NCBI RefSeq assembly: GCF_006345805.1 | Contig: NW_021834967.1 | Coordinates: 1-45,956, forward strand | Direction of reading: 5' to 3' | Origin: Octopus sinensis | Lineage: Eukaryota | Length of the DNA: 45,956 bases | Shown: piece by piece, positions 1 to 15,263 of the stretch | Numbering within the stretch: position 1 is the first letter of the stretch | Layout of the letters: each line of letters opens with the position of its first letter | Made by a program: the position numbers and the translations under genes | Notes under the pieces: generated by a model | Databases searched by the model: none | Told to the model about the DNA's origin: nothing | What the model saw: the letters and a program-made list of their open reading frames with translations, nothing else

Positions 1-242
1 TCAGAAACAGCAATAGCAGAAACGACAGTGATATGATCAGCGTTTTTATTAAACTTGTTGCCTCCTGGCAAGACAGACTCACTTTTACTCTAAGGTTGAT
101 GTTGACATCTTCGGAAGTTGCCAAACTTCCTCCTCAAGATTTTCATATCTTTTACCGATATACGTTGGCGACAGAAATGAACATTTTCAAACTTGCATTT
201 TTACATAAATACATACACGCTCACACACATACTTAACTGCAC

Positions 243-245
243 GCA

Positions 246-293
<48 letters not shown>

Positions 294-442
294 CACACAC
301 ACACACACACACTCCACACACACACGTGCTTACCTGCATACATAATGAAGCATTCATAGGGACACTCATACATACAAACATACATATTCATATGTGTATG
401 TGTGTGTGTGCCTACCATATATTCATGCTTATATTTATGTGC

Positions 443-477
<35 letters not shown>

Positions 478-1578
478 CATACACATATATTGCACATATA
501 CATATGTACATAAACACACTTATGTGCACATATACATACATATATACACATGCACATATATATGTACATATACACACATATATGCCCACTACATACAGGA
601 TTGCAAACAGTTCTTTTTTTGAATCCATCAAAGCATCACTTCCTTCTAGGAACGTACATTGTGGTCATCATTATATACTGCTAATCTATCATTGCAGAAA
701 ATGTAGTAGTAGTAGTAGTAGTAGTATAGTAGTAGTAGTAGTAGTAGTAATGTCTGCTGTTTTACACGCGCGCGCACACACACGAAAGTATATGAAATAG
801 ATTGAACTCTGTTATATCATATACATACGTATTATTCACACACATACACACACGCACATGCAATTCGATGCACCACACACACACGCGCACGCAGATGCAC
901 ACATCTAGACATTATTGAATTGAATTTCGTCTTTAAAGAATTCCACAGACATGTTAAAGATCACACACACTCATACAATCACACACATACTCATACAGTC
1001 ACACACACACTCAAATATATGTGTGTGTGTAGGTATGTGTAAGAATATATATATAATGCATTTATAAATAAATACATACATACATACATACATACATACA
1101 TACATACATACATACATACATACATACGTCTCACGTTTGAAGTTTGCGTGACTTCCCTCCCTTGGCGCTTTTAAGAACAAAACTTCATTACCGCTAATAA
1201 CTCTTTCCTCATTAGGGTTGTAATTTCAACTAATTAAAAATTAACTTCGGTTCACCTTCTCATGTATGGTAGCATGCATTTAGACCCACTCTCTCTCCTA
1301 CACCACGCACCCAAAAACACATATACACATGTATAAATTCAGTGTATAAATATGTGTGTGTGTGTGTGTGGGTGTATGTGTATGTATGTGTGTGTATATA
1401 TATATAAACACACACAAACACCCCCACATATATATATATATGTATATGTATATATCTGTATCTATCTATATATAATATATATATATAATATATATATATA
1501 TATAATATATATATATATGTATATATCTGTATCTATCTCTATCTATCTATCTATCTATCTTCTATCTATCTATCTATC

Positions 1579-1625
<47 letters not shown>

Positions 1626-1649
1626 CTCTCTCTCTCTCCCTCCTCTCGC

Positions 1650-1716
<67 letters not shown>

Positions 1717-2130
1717 CACACACACAGACGTGCGCGGACTCACAAATACACATATGTATGTATGTATGTAATGTATGTATGTATGTATGTATGTATGTAT
1801 GTATGTATGCATGTATGTATATGGATGTAAGTGTATGTGCATGTGAGTGTGTATCCATTTTTCGGGTCTGTGTGTTTGTGTGAAGATTGATAATGATGTA
1901 ATTAGTCAGTGACAGTCACCTGGCTCGATGAATAGACTGCCAGATGAATACACAGACATACACCTAGATGGATGTATAGAGTATGTTGATGGATAAACAG
2001 ATTATTCGGTGGATGCACTGGCGTATACACATAAGTTTATAGACAGAATGGATTCAAAATATACATGCATTCAAAATATATACATATACATAGATAAGTT
2101 TTTATACACATGGCCGTATACACATACCAT

Positions 2131-2216
<86 letters not shown>

Positions 2217-2348
2217 GCATATGCATATATGTATACGTATGCATGTATGTATGTATACATACTTACATACATACATATTATACATACATACTTACATTGG
2301 TTGATAAATCGATAGACAGATATATGCATAGTTTTATATACAAATAAA

Positions 2349-2391
<43 letters not shown>

Positions 2392-2410
2392 TATATATAT
2401 ATACCTACGT
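243..2410. repeat. Cluster of (CA)n, (TA)n, (AGT)n, (CATA)n, (TATC)n microsatellites
   Basis: Directly visible simple repeats; overlapping ORF-track entries are their translations. Confidence 0.95.
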
Positions 2411-3180
2411 TTATATGTATATGTATCTATGGCTCCCCTACTCACTCATACACTTATATTGCAATATATATGTATGTGTATGTGTGTGTGTGTGTATGAG
2501 TGTGTCTCTACACACACACTCACGCACAGACACAGATATCATCAAAGAAGCACCGTTATCTCTCTCTCTCTCTCTCACTATGTTATTGAGATATTTCAAT
2601 GGCGACGCAGCTTTTTATTTATTTCTATTGTATTATCTTCTTTCTGTGTTAGATTGGATTTTGTTAATGCAAAGTTGCGTAGAAATTCTTCCATTTGGCG
2701 AGGATTAGTTCCTCTGGGATACAATATGATTTCGCGAACAATTGTATCTATTCCTTTATATCGAATTAACTTGTCGATACATTTCTGTCCCAATTGCAAA
2801 ACTTGATTTTCTTTCGTCTTTTCTCGCTTTATCGCCTGCGGTTTCTAGCTAAGCCAGTGTCAGTCAGGTTTGTGTTCCTGTATATGATTTCGTCCGTTCC
2901 GCAATTAGTTTGGCTCTGTTAAGCAAAAGATTAAATATACGAATTCTGTAGAGTGCTGGTAAGCTCCTGAAAGTTCGATTTCCGTAACTTCGAGCTACTT
3001 CTCTTCACTAGTTGTCCTCCATTACTAGTGGCCTCCTACAATTTCTGGTTCTTATTTTCGTATTTTTATCGTCTGCAGTGAAATGGACTGCGGTTGGTTG
3101 ACTTCTCCTCTGACGTAATATAACAGTGGTTTGTGATCTTTTTGGTCGTCGTTACCAGCTCGCTGCCTCAACAATATTTA

Positions 3181-3375
3181 TGGTTTCAAATTTTGGCCTA
3201 AGACCAGCAACTTAAAGAAGAAGAGGGATTATTCGATTACACCGACCCCACTGCTCAACTTGTATTTATTTAATCGACCCCGAAAAAGCTGAAAAGCAGA
3301 ATCGAGTTTAAACTCAGAACATAAAAAGACACGGGAAGAAATGTTGCTGAGCATTTTGCCCGACATGCAAACCCT
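3181..3375 (-). mobile_element. tRNA-derived SINE family A, diverged copy
   Basis: Shares the core atcgacccc..ttaatcgaccccgaaa..aactcagaac..gcattttgccc with cleaner copies at 22.8-23.4 kb. Confidence 0.75.
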
Positions 3376-3589
3376 AGCCACAGGAGATAGGATATCTCTT
3401 TTCAGGATATTTATTTGATATCCTGAAAGCAGTGAGCTTTCAGGATATCAAGTATAATATTCTAATTTTGGCACAAGGCCAGCAGTTTTCAAAGGAAGGA
3501 GTAAGCGAATTCTAAAGACTTACCTCGACAACTCTTTAGTGGTCAGATCAGTAGCATTACTATTGCTGCTGCTGCTGCTGCTGCTGCTG

Positions 3590-3625
<36 letters not shown>

Positions 3626-3632
3626 ACTACTA

Positions 3633-3998
3633 ATGGTTTTCAAATTTTGGCACAAGGTCAGCAATTTCGGAGAAGTGGGTTAGTCGATTACATCGACCCC
3701 AATGCTCAACTGGTACTTATTATTTTTTTTACCCGCAAAAGGATGAAAGGCAAAGTCCTCGGCGGAATTAGAACTCTGAACGTGAAGACAGACGAAATAC
3801 TGCTTAGCATTTTGCCCGGCATTCTAACGATTCTTCCAGCTCACAATCCTTTCTAGTGTAGGCACAAGGCCTGAAATTTCGGAGGAGGGGGTCTGGTTGA
3901 TTACATCGACCCTAGTACTCAGCTGGTACTTATTTTATCAACTCCGAAAGGATGAAAGGCAAAGTCGACCTCGTCGGAATTTGAATTTAGAATGTTAA
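3633..3998 (-). mobile_element. Two adjacent SINE family A copies (about 3633-3845 and 3855-3998)
   Basis: Core gaaaggatgaaaggcaaagtc(g)acctcggcggaatt present twice, each preceded by a ggcacaagg 3' end. Confidence 0.8.
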
Positions 3999-5998
3999 AT
4001 AGTAATAATAAAATATTATTGGCTCTCTAAATGAAAATTAAAACGAATGGTTTAGAGCAGGGGTTCTCCACCCTTTCTTAACTTTTGACCCCTTTAATTA
4101 CTATTCTGTTCAATGTTTAAAAACTAGTTTTATAGAAACTTCTTTCAAAATTACTGCTTTGTTTTTCATATATTAGCTTGGTTAGATTGTATTAAAAATA
4201 TATATTAAAACATCTTGTTTTATTAATCGTAATTGTATACGAAAAAATTATATGAATAACACGTTTTACAAAGCGCTTAAGAATTTCTAAAGAATTTCAG
4301 AAATAATAAATATTTCTAGAAATCTGCGGTACATTTAAATGATCCATGTATATCTAAGTGCATTGTTGCATGGAGATTTATTCAACATAAAGATAAATAT
4401 TTCGGTAAGTTCTATAAGTGTACTAAAACATAAGCACGGATATTTTGAAAGTGTTACATTATATTTTTAAAAACCGTGGCGCTCCTAAAAACTCCATGTA
4501 ACGTTCCGTTTGAACTTTGGATGAGACATCTATCCTACTGTACAAATAGATGGCTCTTTCAAAGAGGAGATTTATGGGCGAGTGTGCTAAAACTTTATTC
4601 TTTCATTCTTTTACTCGTTTCAGCCCTAAGGCTGTGGCCATGCTGGGCACCGGCAGGGGTACAGATTTGTAAAAATCTTATTTCATTTTGAAGTGCCTAT
4701 GGTGAATATAAATACCCTTCGTGATATACGACTTCAGAATCACTTCACTTCTTTATAGTGAGGGAGTACACTGGTGACTTTGGGAAATCCATGCTATTGT
4801 CCGAGTGTGCTGAGACAATAAGGATTTTCCAAAACTCTAAATTTTATTCTTTAAAAATTTGTTGACTTGAGGCATGCTTTCCCATTAGTGGGATCCACCC
4901 CGTAACACAATCTAACAGCACGAGGCTTGTAAGTATCATTACATCCCACTGTGCAGACCTAAATGACATCACACTTGAATAGGGGAGATTCCACCCTCCA
5001 TCCACATCTACGGTATAAGAATCAGGGAACCTTGTAGAGGAGACATTAACTATATGTAGATGATTGCGATTGGTCTCCTCCATTAGTGTCTGCTCATTAC
5101 ACGTAAGAGCTGAGACATTTCAGTTCTCAATCTGACAAGACTTTACAGAAGAGGTGCCCGTGGACGCTACCCTCTCGATCTTCCGAGGAATAGCGGACGG
5201 AGAAGATGGATGGCAATCATCTTGGTGGCACCGTTTCAGAACTATTTCGCTACATGGTGAAGACTCTTTCAGTCAACGATTTCTAAAGAGCTGTTCGATG
5301 TTTTCTTTTACCGTGCAGTGTGTTGAATCTGATATTTCGACATTTGCTCTTCGTTTCACTGTAGTGATATCGCATGGGATGGAAGCAGCGGAGGAGTCGA
5401 TAGAGAGGAGGACAAACAGCCGTGAGGTTGACGTCTCATATTCTGATACACAACAGTGTCATGCTTGTTGACAAGCCATTTCAATTCCAAATGTTGATTC
5501 AGCGGGATTCGAACGTAAAACGTAAAGTTAGGTAACTAAACATTGCAATATATTTGGTCTACTGTTTTATCAGTTCTACTAATCGAAGTTGATAATCAAT
5601 ATATGAAAAAAAAAAAACAAGCTGATGCCTCTGTTGTTGGTGGTTGGTGTAAGTGATGGTGGCGGTGCTAGTGGTAGTCATGGTATTACTGGTGGTGATG
5701 TTAGCAGAGATGGTGTTACTGGTGGTTGCAAAGACATGAAAGATGATGACGACAACAACGACGACGATGATGATGATGATGATGTTGATGTTGTTGTTGA
5801 TGGTGATGATGATGATGATGATTATTGTGAATTTGCTTTTGATGTTGCATACTTAAAGAAATTGCTTATTGAATTCCAGAATGGGAAGAGTGACAATTGA
5901 GTTTGAGAAAATGTGAACTGGGTATTAATAAATGATCAGAGCTGGAATATAATACATAAATTGTCACTTCTACTAAGAATGGAAGTCAAAGATATGCA

Positions 5999-7710
<1,712 letters not shown>

Positions 7711-7940
7711 CTCTCACTCTCTCTCTGGAGTAGACGAAACGGAGGCGGCTGAAGAAGGGGAATTTCCCTGTGTTGTATGTCTTGTACCCTGTTTTTTTCG
7801 TTGTTTAAAAAAATGTCCGTTTCCATGGTTCTGTTTTTATGTTTTCGTTTCTCATTGTGTTCGACGTTTTTTTTTTGGTGTCCTGTACCCATATATGCAT
7901 GTATATCTACATATAGATGTAGGTACGTACATATATGTAT

Positions 7941-8004
7941 ACTCTTTTACTCTTTACTCTTTTACTTGTTTCAGTCATTTGACTGCGGCCATGCAAGAGC
8001 ACCA
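7941..8004 (-). mobile_element. SINE family B 3' fragment
   Basis: tactcttttacttgtttcagtcatttgactgcggccatgc matches the 3' end of the full copy at 45482-45868. Confidence 0.8.
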
Positions 8005-8021
8005 TGTTTTATTTATTATTT

Positions 8022-8066
<45 letters not shown>

Positions 8067-8079
8067 TGTATGTGTGTAC

Positions 8080-8110
<31 letters not shown>

Positions 8111-8532
8111 GAGACAGAGATAGAGACAAAGACAGAGACAGACAGAAAGAAAGAATATAGATATACGGCCAGACATGTATGTATGTATATGTATATATAA
8201 TTTTAGGAAAAATTTCTCGATACAGTCACAATATATAAAATAAAAAAATCATTTTCTTAAATCAAAATATTAATTCTGTAATTTTGTTTTAAAAGCAAGT
8301 TAACACGAATCTGCTGGCAAGAAGTTCTTCTATCAGACCTGTGAACCAACCAGTTATGTGTGTTTATATGCATATGGGAAAAACATTAGGAAAACATTTA
8401 GTAAACAACATATTTATCTTATACAAAATACCACAGAAAACTATGTGATTAATAGAAAAAGTAATACTAAAAGCCTAAGTAAGCTAAAATAAATACAAAC
8501 AGTAATCAACTGAGTGTATCCTGAATAATACC

Positions 8533-9092
8533 AATTTCTTTACTACCCACAAGGGGCTAAACACAGAGGGGACAAACAAGCACAGACAAAAACGGAATTA
8601 AGTCGATTATTCGACCCAACCCAGGGTGTAACTGGTACTATAATCGACCCCGAAAGGATGAAAGGCAAAGTCGACCTCGGCGGAATTTGACTCAGAACGT
8701 AGCGGCAGACGAAATACCTATTTCTTTACTACCACAAGGGGCTAAACACAGAGGGGGCAAACAAGGACAGACAAAACGGATTAAGTCGATTATATCGACC
8801 CCAGTTGCGTAACGGTACTTATTAATCGACCCCGAAAGATTGAAAGGCAAGTCGACCTCGGCGGAATTTGGACTTCAGAACGTAGCGGCAGACGAAATAC
8901 CTATTTCTTTACTACCCACAAGGGGCTAAACACAGAAAGGACAAACAAGGACAGACAAAACGGATTAAGTCGATTACATCAACCTCAGTGCGTAACTGGT
9001 ACTTAATTTATCGATCCCGAAAGGATGAAAGGCAAAGTCGACCTCGGCGGAATTTGAACTCGGAGCGTAACGGTAGACGAAATACCTATTTC
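8533..9092 (-). mobile_element. Head-to-tail trimer of head-truncated SINE family A units (183-186 bp period)
   Basis: Three near-identical units joined at gacgaaatacc|tatttc (8718/8719, 8901/8902, 9086/9087). Confidence 0.9.
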
Positions 9093-9099
9093 TCAGCTT

Positions 9100-10165
9100 T
9101 CTTTTGTTCCCAAACTATTGGCGACACATGCTGACAAAATTCTTACAGGCATGGCGTTATAATTAACATGACTTCAAGATTACTATGTCCACATTAACTT
9201 CTTACGTAAACTGGAACTAATAACGAGGAACAAATTTTATTTTGAACTGTACTCGATACGGAAATTTCTAAGTGATAAAGTTTCTTTTTGCAAGTTATAA
9301 CAGTGCTTCATGGTTCATCAGTAGGTGTATGACGAACATATGCTATGGATTTACCATTTTAAGACCTTGATATTTCTGCTACAGCAAATTTAGAAACATC
9401 GATAGCTAGAGTTGTTTTACTCCCGGCAAAGAATGTGGGATTAGGGTATTGTATAAGATGACTTGTTCTTGATGCGATCTCCGAGAGTGAAGAGAGACTC
9501 GACTACTATTTTCAGATTCTGCTATAAACCGGTGACAATAGTTTATCGATTCTGAATACTTTTTAAAAAAAATTTCCTTTGGATTTTCTTTATTAGTTTT
9601 TGTCATAGTTTGATCCCTTGATTTGAAAAATCTATTTTTCGGAAATCTATGTTGGATGCATTATTAAAACATTTGTTTGAATGTCTTTATATATATATTG
9701 ACTCCTTTCACTCTGACAAGAATAGAATTCCAGGCTGCAAAGATTAGTATATCATCTTGATAGGTAATTATGTCATTGATTCCCTTCACAATAAACTCCA
9801 TGCAATGTTGAAAGTAGAGCAGCTGTTGTTAAGACCTAGCTAAACTCTATCTACTAAATAAAGGTAATTTCTTTGAGTTATCCAACTGTTATCATCGAAA
9901 CTAATCTAACATTATGCAGTTTTTTTATCAGTTGAAATGAAAAAAGAAGCTTTTCTCCTTGCATATCAGTGAACATTGCTTCAAGATGGAGGATTTAAAT
10001 AAGAAAAAGTTTGAATCGAAAAAGTTTGAATCATCTCATTAAAAGTACACTGAATTTAATTTACCAGCTAATGTTTGTTCCCAAGCAATCGGCAATACAT
10101 GCTGATAAATATTCATACAGATATGGCGTTACAATTATCATAACTTCGAGATTTTATTTTGAACC
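9100..10165 (-). pseudogene. Degenerate Ty3/gypsy pol relic (RT and RNase H)
   Basis: Minus-strand translation gives LGLNNSCSTFQHCMEFIVKGINDIITYQDDILIFA (YQDD at 9751-9762), then INYCHRFI and AIDVSKFAV...GKSIAY (RNase H-like); many stops and frameshifts. Confidence 0.7.
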
Positions 10166-10176
10166 TTTTATTAGTA

Positions 10177-10525
10177 ACTAGCAGTATCGCCCGGCATTGC
10201 TCGGGTTTGTAAGGGAAATAACTATATAAGCATTTTTAGAGAGTTATAGCCAAAAATGATGGTAAATTTTTGACGCATCGTAGACATTTTTAGAGAGTTA
10301 CTTCCCTTATATAATAGCGAAAATGCATTAAAATGGAAAAATGATGGTAAATAATTTTAAAATCGTAGACTCATCGTAGACGCGCGCTAATACCCAGAAG
10401 GGCTTGATATGAATCACGACTATAAGATACCCGGTTTTGGTTAAACTGCACCGCAAAATGTGGGAGTAGTTAGGAATCTAAATCGTAGGAGACAGACACA
10501 CAACCTCTCTTATATATATAAAGAT
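10177..10525 (+). mobile_element. Non-autonomous Helitron/Helentron-type element (HINE-like)
   Basis: Starts actagcagtatcgcccggcattgctcggg (short stem-loop), has internal repeats of ttttagagagtta and aaaatgatggtaaat, ends (ac)n..ttatatatataaagat; this layout resembles DINE-1/HINE elements. Confidence 0.6.
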
Positions 10526-10739
10526 AAATAAAGCAGAACAATGCTAAATTAAATACAAACAATAGTCAACTTTTTGACTCTTGAATGACACAACCAAGAT
10601 AAATATGATGTATCTTCTAGAACGATTAGCTCAAAGTTACAAGGCCTATTAAACCACAACGAAGCTGCTATAGGTCAACAACCACTAGTTTCGAACTACC
10701 ATCAGAATTTGAAAATATATCTGTAGGTTTGATGAGTAA

Positions 10740-10949
10740 CTCTTTAGCATTCAGAGTACTCTGTCAAATGTAATGTTTATTTATTCTCATTGTTTTGAAG
10801 TAATCACGCATTACCTGATAGCTATGAGATTTCGATGATGTGATTGTTTGTTTTTAGAATGACTTTGTAAGGAAAGTGAGAGAGGCCTGATTAGGCCAGT
10901 TTGAACATAAGACACTTAGAATATTTTGGCTGGTTTAAACGCTAAAGAG
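10740..10949. mobile_element. Short MITE with piggyBac-like ends
   Basis: Terminal inverted repeats ctctttagcatt / aacgctaaagag flanked by GTAA and TTAA. Confidence 0.55.
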
Positions 10950-11424
10950 TTAATACGTTTGTTAATAGTAAAGCCAAGATGAAGCATACTACGGAAGCAT
11001 TAGAACTAGGTGTCTATTCAATTTGCAATCAATCCGATATAAATTGTTACGCAACCAACATTCAAACATACTTCCTCATCTGATAGCTGTGGATGAAGTG
11101 GAAATGAAAATGCTATAAACCATGGAAGCAATTTTGGTTTGTTTTTTAGCCCCAGGTCGATCCTGCACGAGCAGGCCTTTGATCAAGAAGTGACCACCGC
11201 GGCCTTTCTTAATGTACTAGAAATCAGGGACCCTATTATACAACCTGTCCTTTCCTAAGACAGCAGAGTGTCATTTGAAGGAGAATTAGCTGCTATTTCT
11301 AGCAGATTGAGTATCAACATGAGGCTCTCACATCGTTCATAGCTGTGACCATGATTGTGACGGTGGTGGTGGTGGTTATGCTGCTTAGTTGCTGGTCTAC
11401 TCTGACCTAACAAATTTACAAGTT

Positions 11425-11705
11425 GGTATCATAATGTTCCCGGACTAGTTATGTTTAATAAAATATACCCTATTTACCTGAGTCTTAACTTAATTCCCTT
11501 CGAAATAGTTACCTTGCACAACATTACACCGGTCTCAGCGTTCCTGTCAATTTTGGAATCCGGCCTGGAAGTTGTTTTCCGTAAGCGAGTCGAGGACCTT
11601 TCGCGATCCGTTCTTGATCTCGACAACGGTGTTAAAACGGCGATCTTTGAACTGCATTTTCATCTTAGGGAAGAGATGGAAGCCCGTCGGTGCTAAATCT
11701 GAGAA
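11425..11705 (-). mobile_element. mariner transposase C-terminal relic with terminal sequence
   Basis: Minus translation DLAPTGFHLFPKMKMQFKDRRFNTVVEI...FQAGFQN*QER*DRCNVVQGNYFEGN* matches the mariner SPDLAP..F.LF ...RW.KC...G.YFE ending. Confidence 0.8.
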
Positions 11706-11730
11706 ACAGCGCGGGTGCGGAGCGATACCA

Positions 11731-12022
11731 TACTCTTTACTCTTTTACTCTTTTACTTGTTTCAGTCATTTGACTGTGGCCATGCTGGAGCACCGCCTTT
11801 TTTGTCGAGTAAATCGACCCCAGGACTTATTCTTTGTAAGCCTAGTACTTATTCTATCAGTCTCTTTTGCCGAACCGCTAAGTTACGGGGACGTAAACAC
11901 ACCAGCATTGGTTGCCAAGCGATGTTGGGGGGACAAACACAGACACACAAATATACACATACACACATACATACATACATACATGCATACATACATACAT
12001 ACATATATATACATATATACGA
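11731..12022 (-). mobile_element. SINE family B, 3' two-thirds
   Basis: Close match to 45482-45720. Confidence 0.85.
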
Positions 12023-12029
12023 CTTGGTG

Positions 12030-12266
12030 GTTATGGTGGTTGTGGTGGTGCTAGTAGTAGTAGTAGTAGCAGCAGTAGTAGTAGTGGTGGTGGTGGTGCT
12101 GGTGCTGGTGGATGTGGTTGTGGTGGTTGTGGATGTGGTTGTGGTGGTTGTGGTGGTGGCTGTGGATGTGGTTATGGTGGTTGTGGTGGTGGTAGTAGTA
12201 GTAGGAGTAGTAGTGGTAGTAATAGTAGTAGTAGTAGTAGCAGTAGTAGTAGTAGTAGTAGTAGTA

Positions 12267-12298
<32 letters not shown>

Positions 12299-12510
12299 CT
12301 TGCTTAGTGACACCTATTGGCCATCCCCGAAAGTAATTAACTGTAATGAGAAGTCATTAATGTCTCAGCTACTCACCTCCTATGAATTATTTCATACAAC
12401 TGCATGTTCCTACCACCAACACCACCATCAACGCCACCACCACCATCATCACCACCACCACCATCATCACCACCATCACCACCACCACCATCATAACTAC
12501 CATCCCCATC
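12030..12510. repeat. (GTG/GTA)n tract and oppositely oriented (CAC/CAT)n tract
   Basis: Visible trinucleotide repeats. Confidence 0.9.
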
Positions 12511-12796
12511 CCTGGCTTCTCTACCTGTCTATCGTTTATTGTTATTAATAATCCTAATTACACCGTTCTCACAAATTGTATCATAACTCTTCTCAATTAC
12601 TTTTGCACTGTTTTTCTTGAAGTTAGTATTTAATGAATATCAATCTGTGTTTATTTGTTTGTTTGTTTTTCTGTTTATTTATTAATTTAATATTTTTTTT
12701 CGCATATTTTCACTTCTCGTAATTACATGCATCAGTAATTAGCGCTACTAGATACAGCAAAGGTAGAATATATTTCTTCGATATATATATACACAC

Positions 12797-12843
<47 letters not shown>

Positions 12844-12848
12844 TATAT

Positions 12849-12891
<43 letters not shown>

Positions 12892-12905
12892 TATACATAT
12901 ATATA

Positions 12906-12950
<45 letters not shown>

Positions 12951-12958
<8 letters not shown>

Positions 12959-13021
12959 CAAATGCATTCATGTTTGTATATAGATATGTAAGTATGTAAG
13001 TATGTATATTAATCTACCTAC

Positions 13022-13104
<83 letters not shown>

Positions 13105-13355
13105 GCTTAACTCTTTCTCTCCCCCCCCTCTCTCTCTCTCTATCTACCTATCTATTTACCTGTGTATGTGCGTGTATGTGTGTATGTGTGTATGTGTGAT
13201 ATACTTACAAACACCTACATATATCCGCAAACAAAGCTCAATGAGGTACACCTACAATATTAGTTTCGCTGTACTGTGATGTAGGCAATAGTTAGAATAA
13301 GTTTCAGATTGTTCAATAAGTGCTAGCTCTGCATATATATATATATATGTATATA

Positions 13356-13407
<52 letters not shown>

Positions 13408-13412
13408 ATTAT

Positions 13413-13447
<35 letters not shown>

Positions 13448-13598
13448 CATATATATATATATATATATACAATATATATATATATTATATATATATATAT
13501 ATATCTATATATATATATATATACACACACACACTCAAATGCATTCATGTTTGTATATAGATATGTAAGTATGTAAGTATGTATATTAATCTACCTAC

Positions 13599-13656
<58 letters not shown>

Positions 13657-13902
13657 CTATCTATCTATCTATCTAGCTTAACTCTTTCTCTCCCCCCCCT
13701 CTCTCTCTCTCTATCTACCTATCTATTTACCTGTGTATGTGCGTGTATGTGTGTATGTGTGTATGTGTGATATACTTACAAACACCTACATATATCCGCA
13801 AACAAAGCTCAATGAGGTACACCTACAATATTAGTTTCGCTGTACTGTGATGTAGGCAATAGTTAGAATAAGTTTAGATTGTTCAATAAGTGCTAGCTCT
13901 GC
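12951..13902. repeat. Tandem duplication of an about 380-bp unit (577-bp period) separated by (TA)n
   Basis: cacactcaaatgcattcatg...tgctagctctgca at about 12951-13332 and 13525-13902, nearly identical. Confidence 0.9.
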
Positions 13903-13916
13903 AATATATATATATA

Positions 13917-14011
<95 letters not shown>

Positions 14012-14028
14012 ATATATATATAGATATA

Positions 14029-14069
<41 letters not shown>

Positions 14070-15214
14070 GGCAGACTCCATTAGAAAAACATATCTATTT
14101 GCAAAGGAGCATTCACTTTCATCGCTACCTGGTGGTTGCCGCCCGTTGACGAGGGACAAACATCCCGAAACTAGTTCGAGCCTATCACTCAGGCTTGCGA
14201 GGAAGGGATGGCCTCCCTTTGCAAATACTCCAAAGACACAGATATTGTGTTTAGAGCCAGCTAGAGACGAAGATCTCTTGGGGCTATAAAGCTACAGTAA
14301 CAACCCCCTCCCCATTGTGGTTATCCATGATAAGATGGCTTCTATACTTTACATTATATATATATATACATATATGTACGTGTGTGTGTGTGTGTGTATG
14401 TATAAACATACATAAATAGAAGCATACATGCGAGTGTGCACGCACGTGTATATATATTTATATATGAATGGATACAAAAAAAGTATTGTAAATAATGGAA
14501 CTATTTGAATATACGAATAATTATATACGTAGAAACAATATATGCTAATAAATGTTTCACGCGGTGCTCTCGATCATCAGCAGAGAAGAGAATATGTTAG
14601 CACATAGCCACTTCATATATCAGTCAGAGTGGCGAGAATCTCTTTGAACGAGGCGAAATGGGTTAACGGTTTATAAAGTAAGATCCTGTCTGTAAACGTG
14701 GAATGGTCCACACAATGAGTTACCAGCACGACAGGATCACCGAACACTAAATGCATTACAAAATTGTATATTTATAGGCTATGTATTTACTGCTAGTTGC
14801 CCTGGTCGTCTTCGTCGTCGTCGTCGGCGGCGGCGCCATTGTCGTTTAACGGAGGCTTAACCTCATCGAACAGTTGAGGCGTGTCATGAAAGGCATTCCA
14901 GCCGGGACACTACCGTGTTTTTAGGGTCTGAAAATTACCTAATTTGTCTCTACCATATTTAAAACGATGGCATATCTTTTGAGGGAGATTTGGCCGTCAT
15001 GTTTAGCAGGCCGAATGACAACACAAACGCTCTGCCATGAGTCTTGTAGCTGCTACAGGTTAAAAATCTTAAGATTTGAATGGTGTGTCATTTTATCAAC
15101 CCCGGAGGATTGGGAAGCGAAATAGATCTTAACGGTATTTGAACACAAGACTTAAAGCTACGCAATTAATCTAATGTATTAAAGTTTCCAAAACGAAACC
15201 GACATGAAACATTG

Positions 15215-15263
<49 letters not shown>

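Noticed and set aside
33-236. 67-aa ORF in unique sequence
   Set aside because: No motif and no convincing splice-site pair; runs into (CA)n.
187-2347. Many ORFs rich in YI, CV, HT, YLSI
   Set aside because: Translations of microsatellites; the same applies to similar ORFs at 6.1-8.1, 11.8-14.1, 28.6-30.0, 35.3 and 38.1 kb.
2596-2930. Minus-strand 67-aa ORF with a good acceptor upstream
   Set aside because: The frame from the acceptor hits stops before the ORF; no recognisable domain.
7736-7823. GAAAC and CTGAAGA boxes with an aggg/ccct stem
   Set aside because: No GAAA after the stem, and only 8 nt separate the upstream GAAAC from CUGA, too short for a permuted hammerhead.
8533-9092. Regular about 185-bp repeat resembling a satellite or CRISPR array
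   Set aside because: Whole units are SINE copies with no unique spacers; eukaryotic context with no cas genes.
14549-14590. Minus-strand CTGATGA...GAAAC
   Set aside because: Stems I, II and III cannot be paired convincingly; at most a heavily decayed PLE-type relic.
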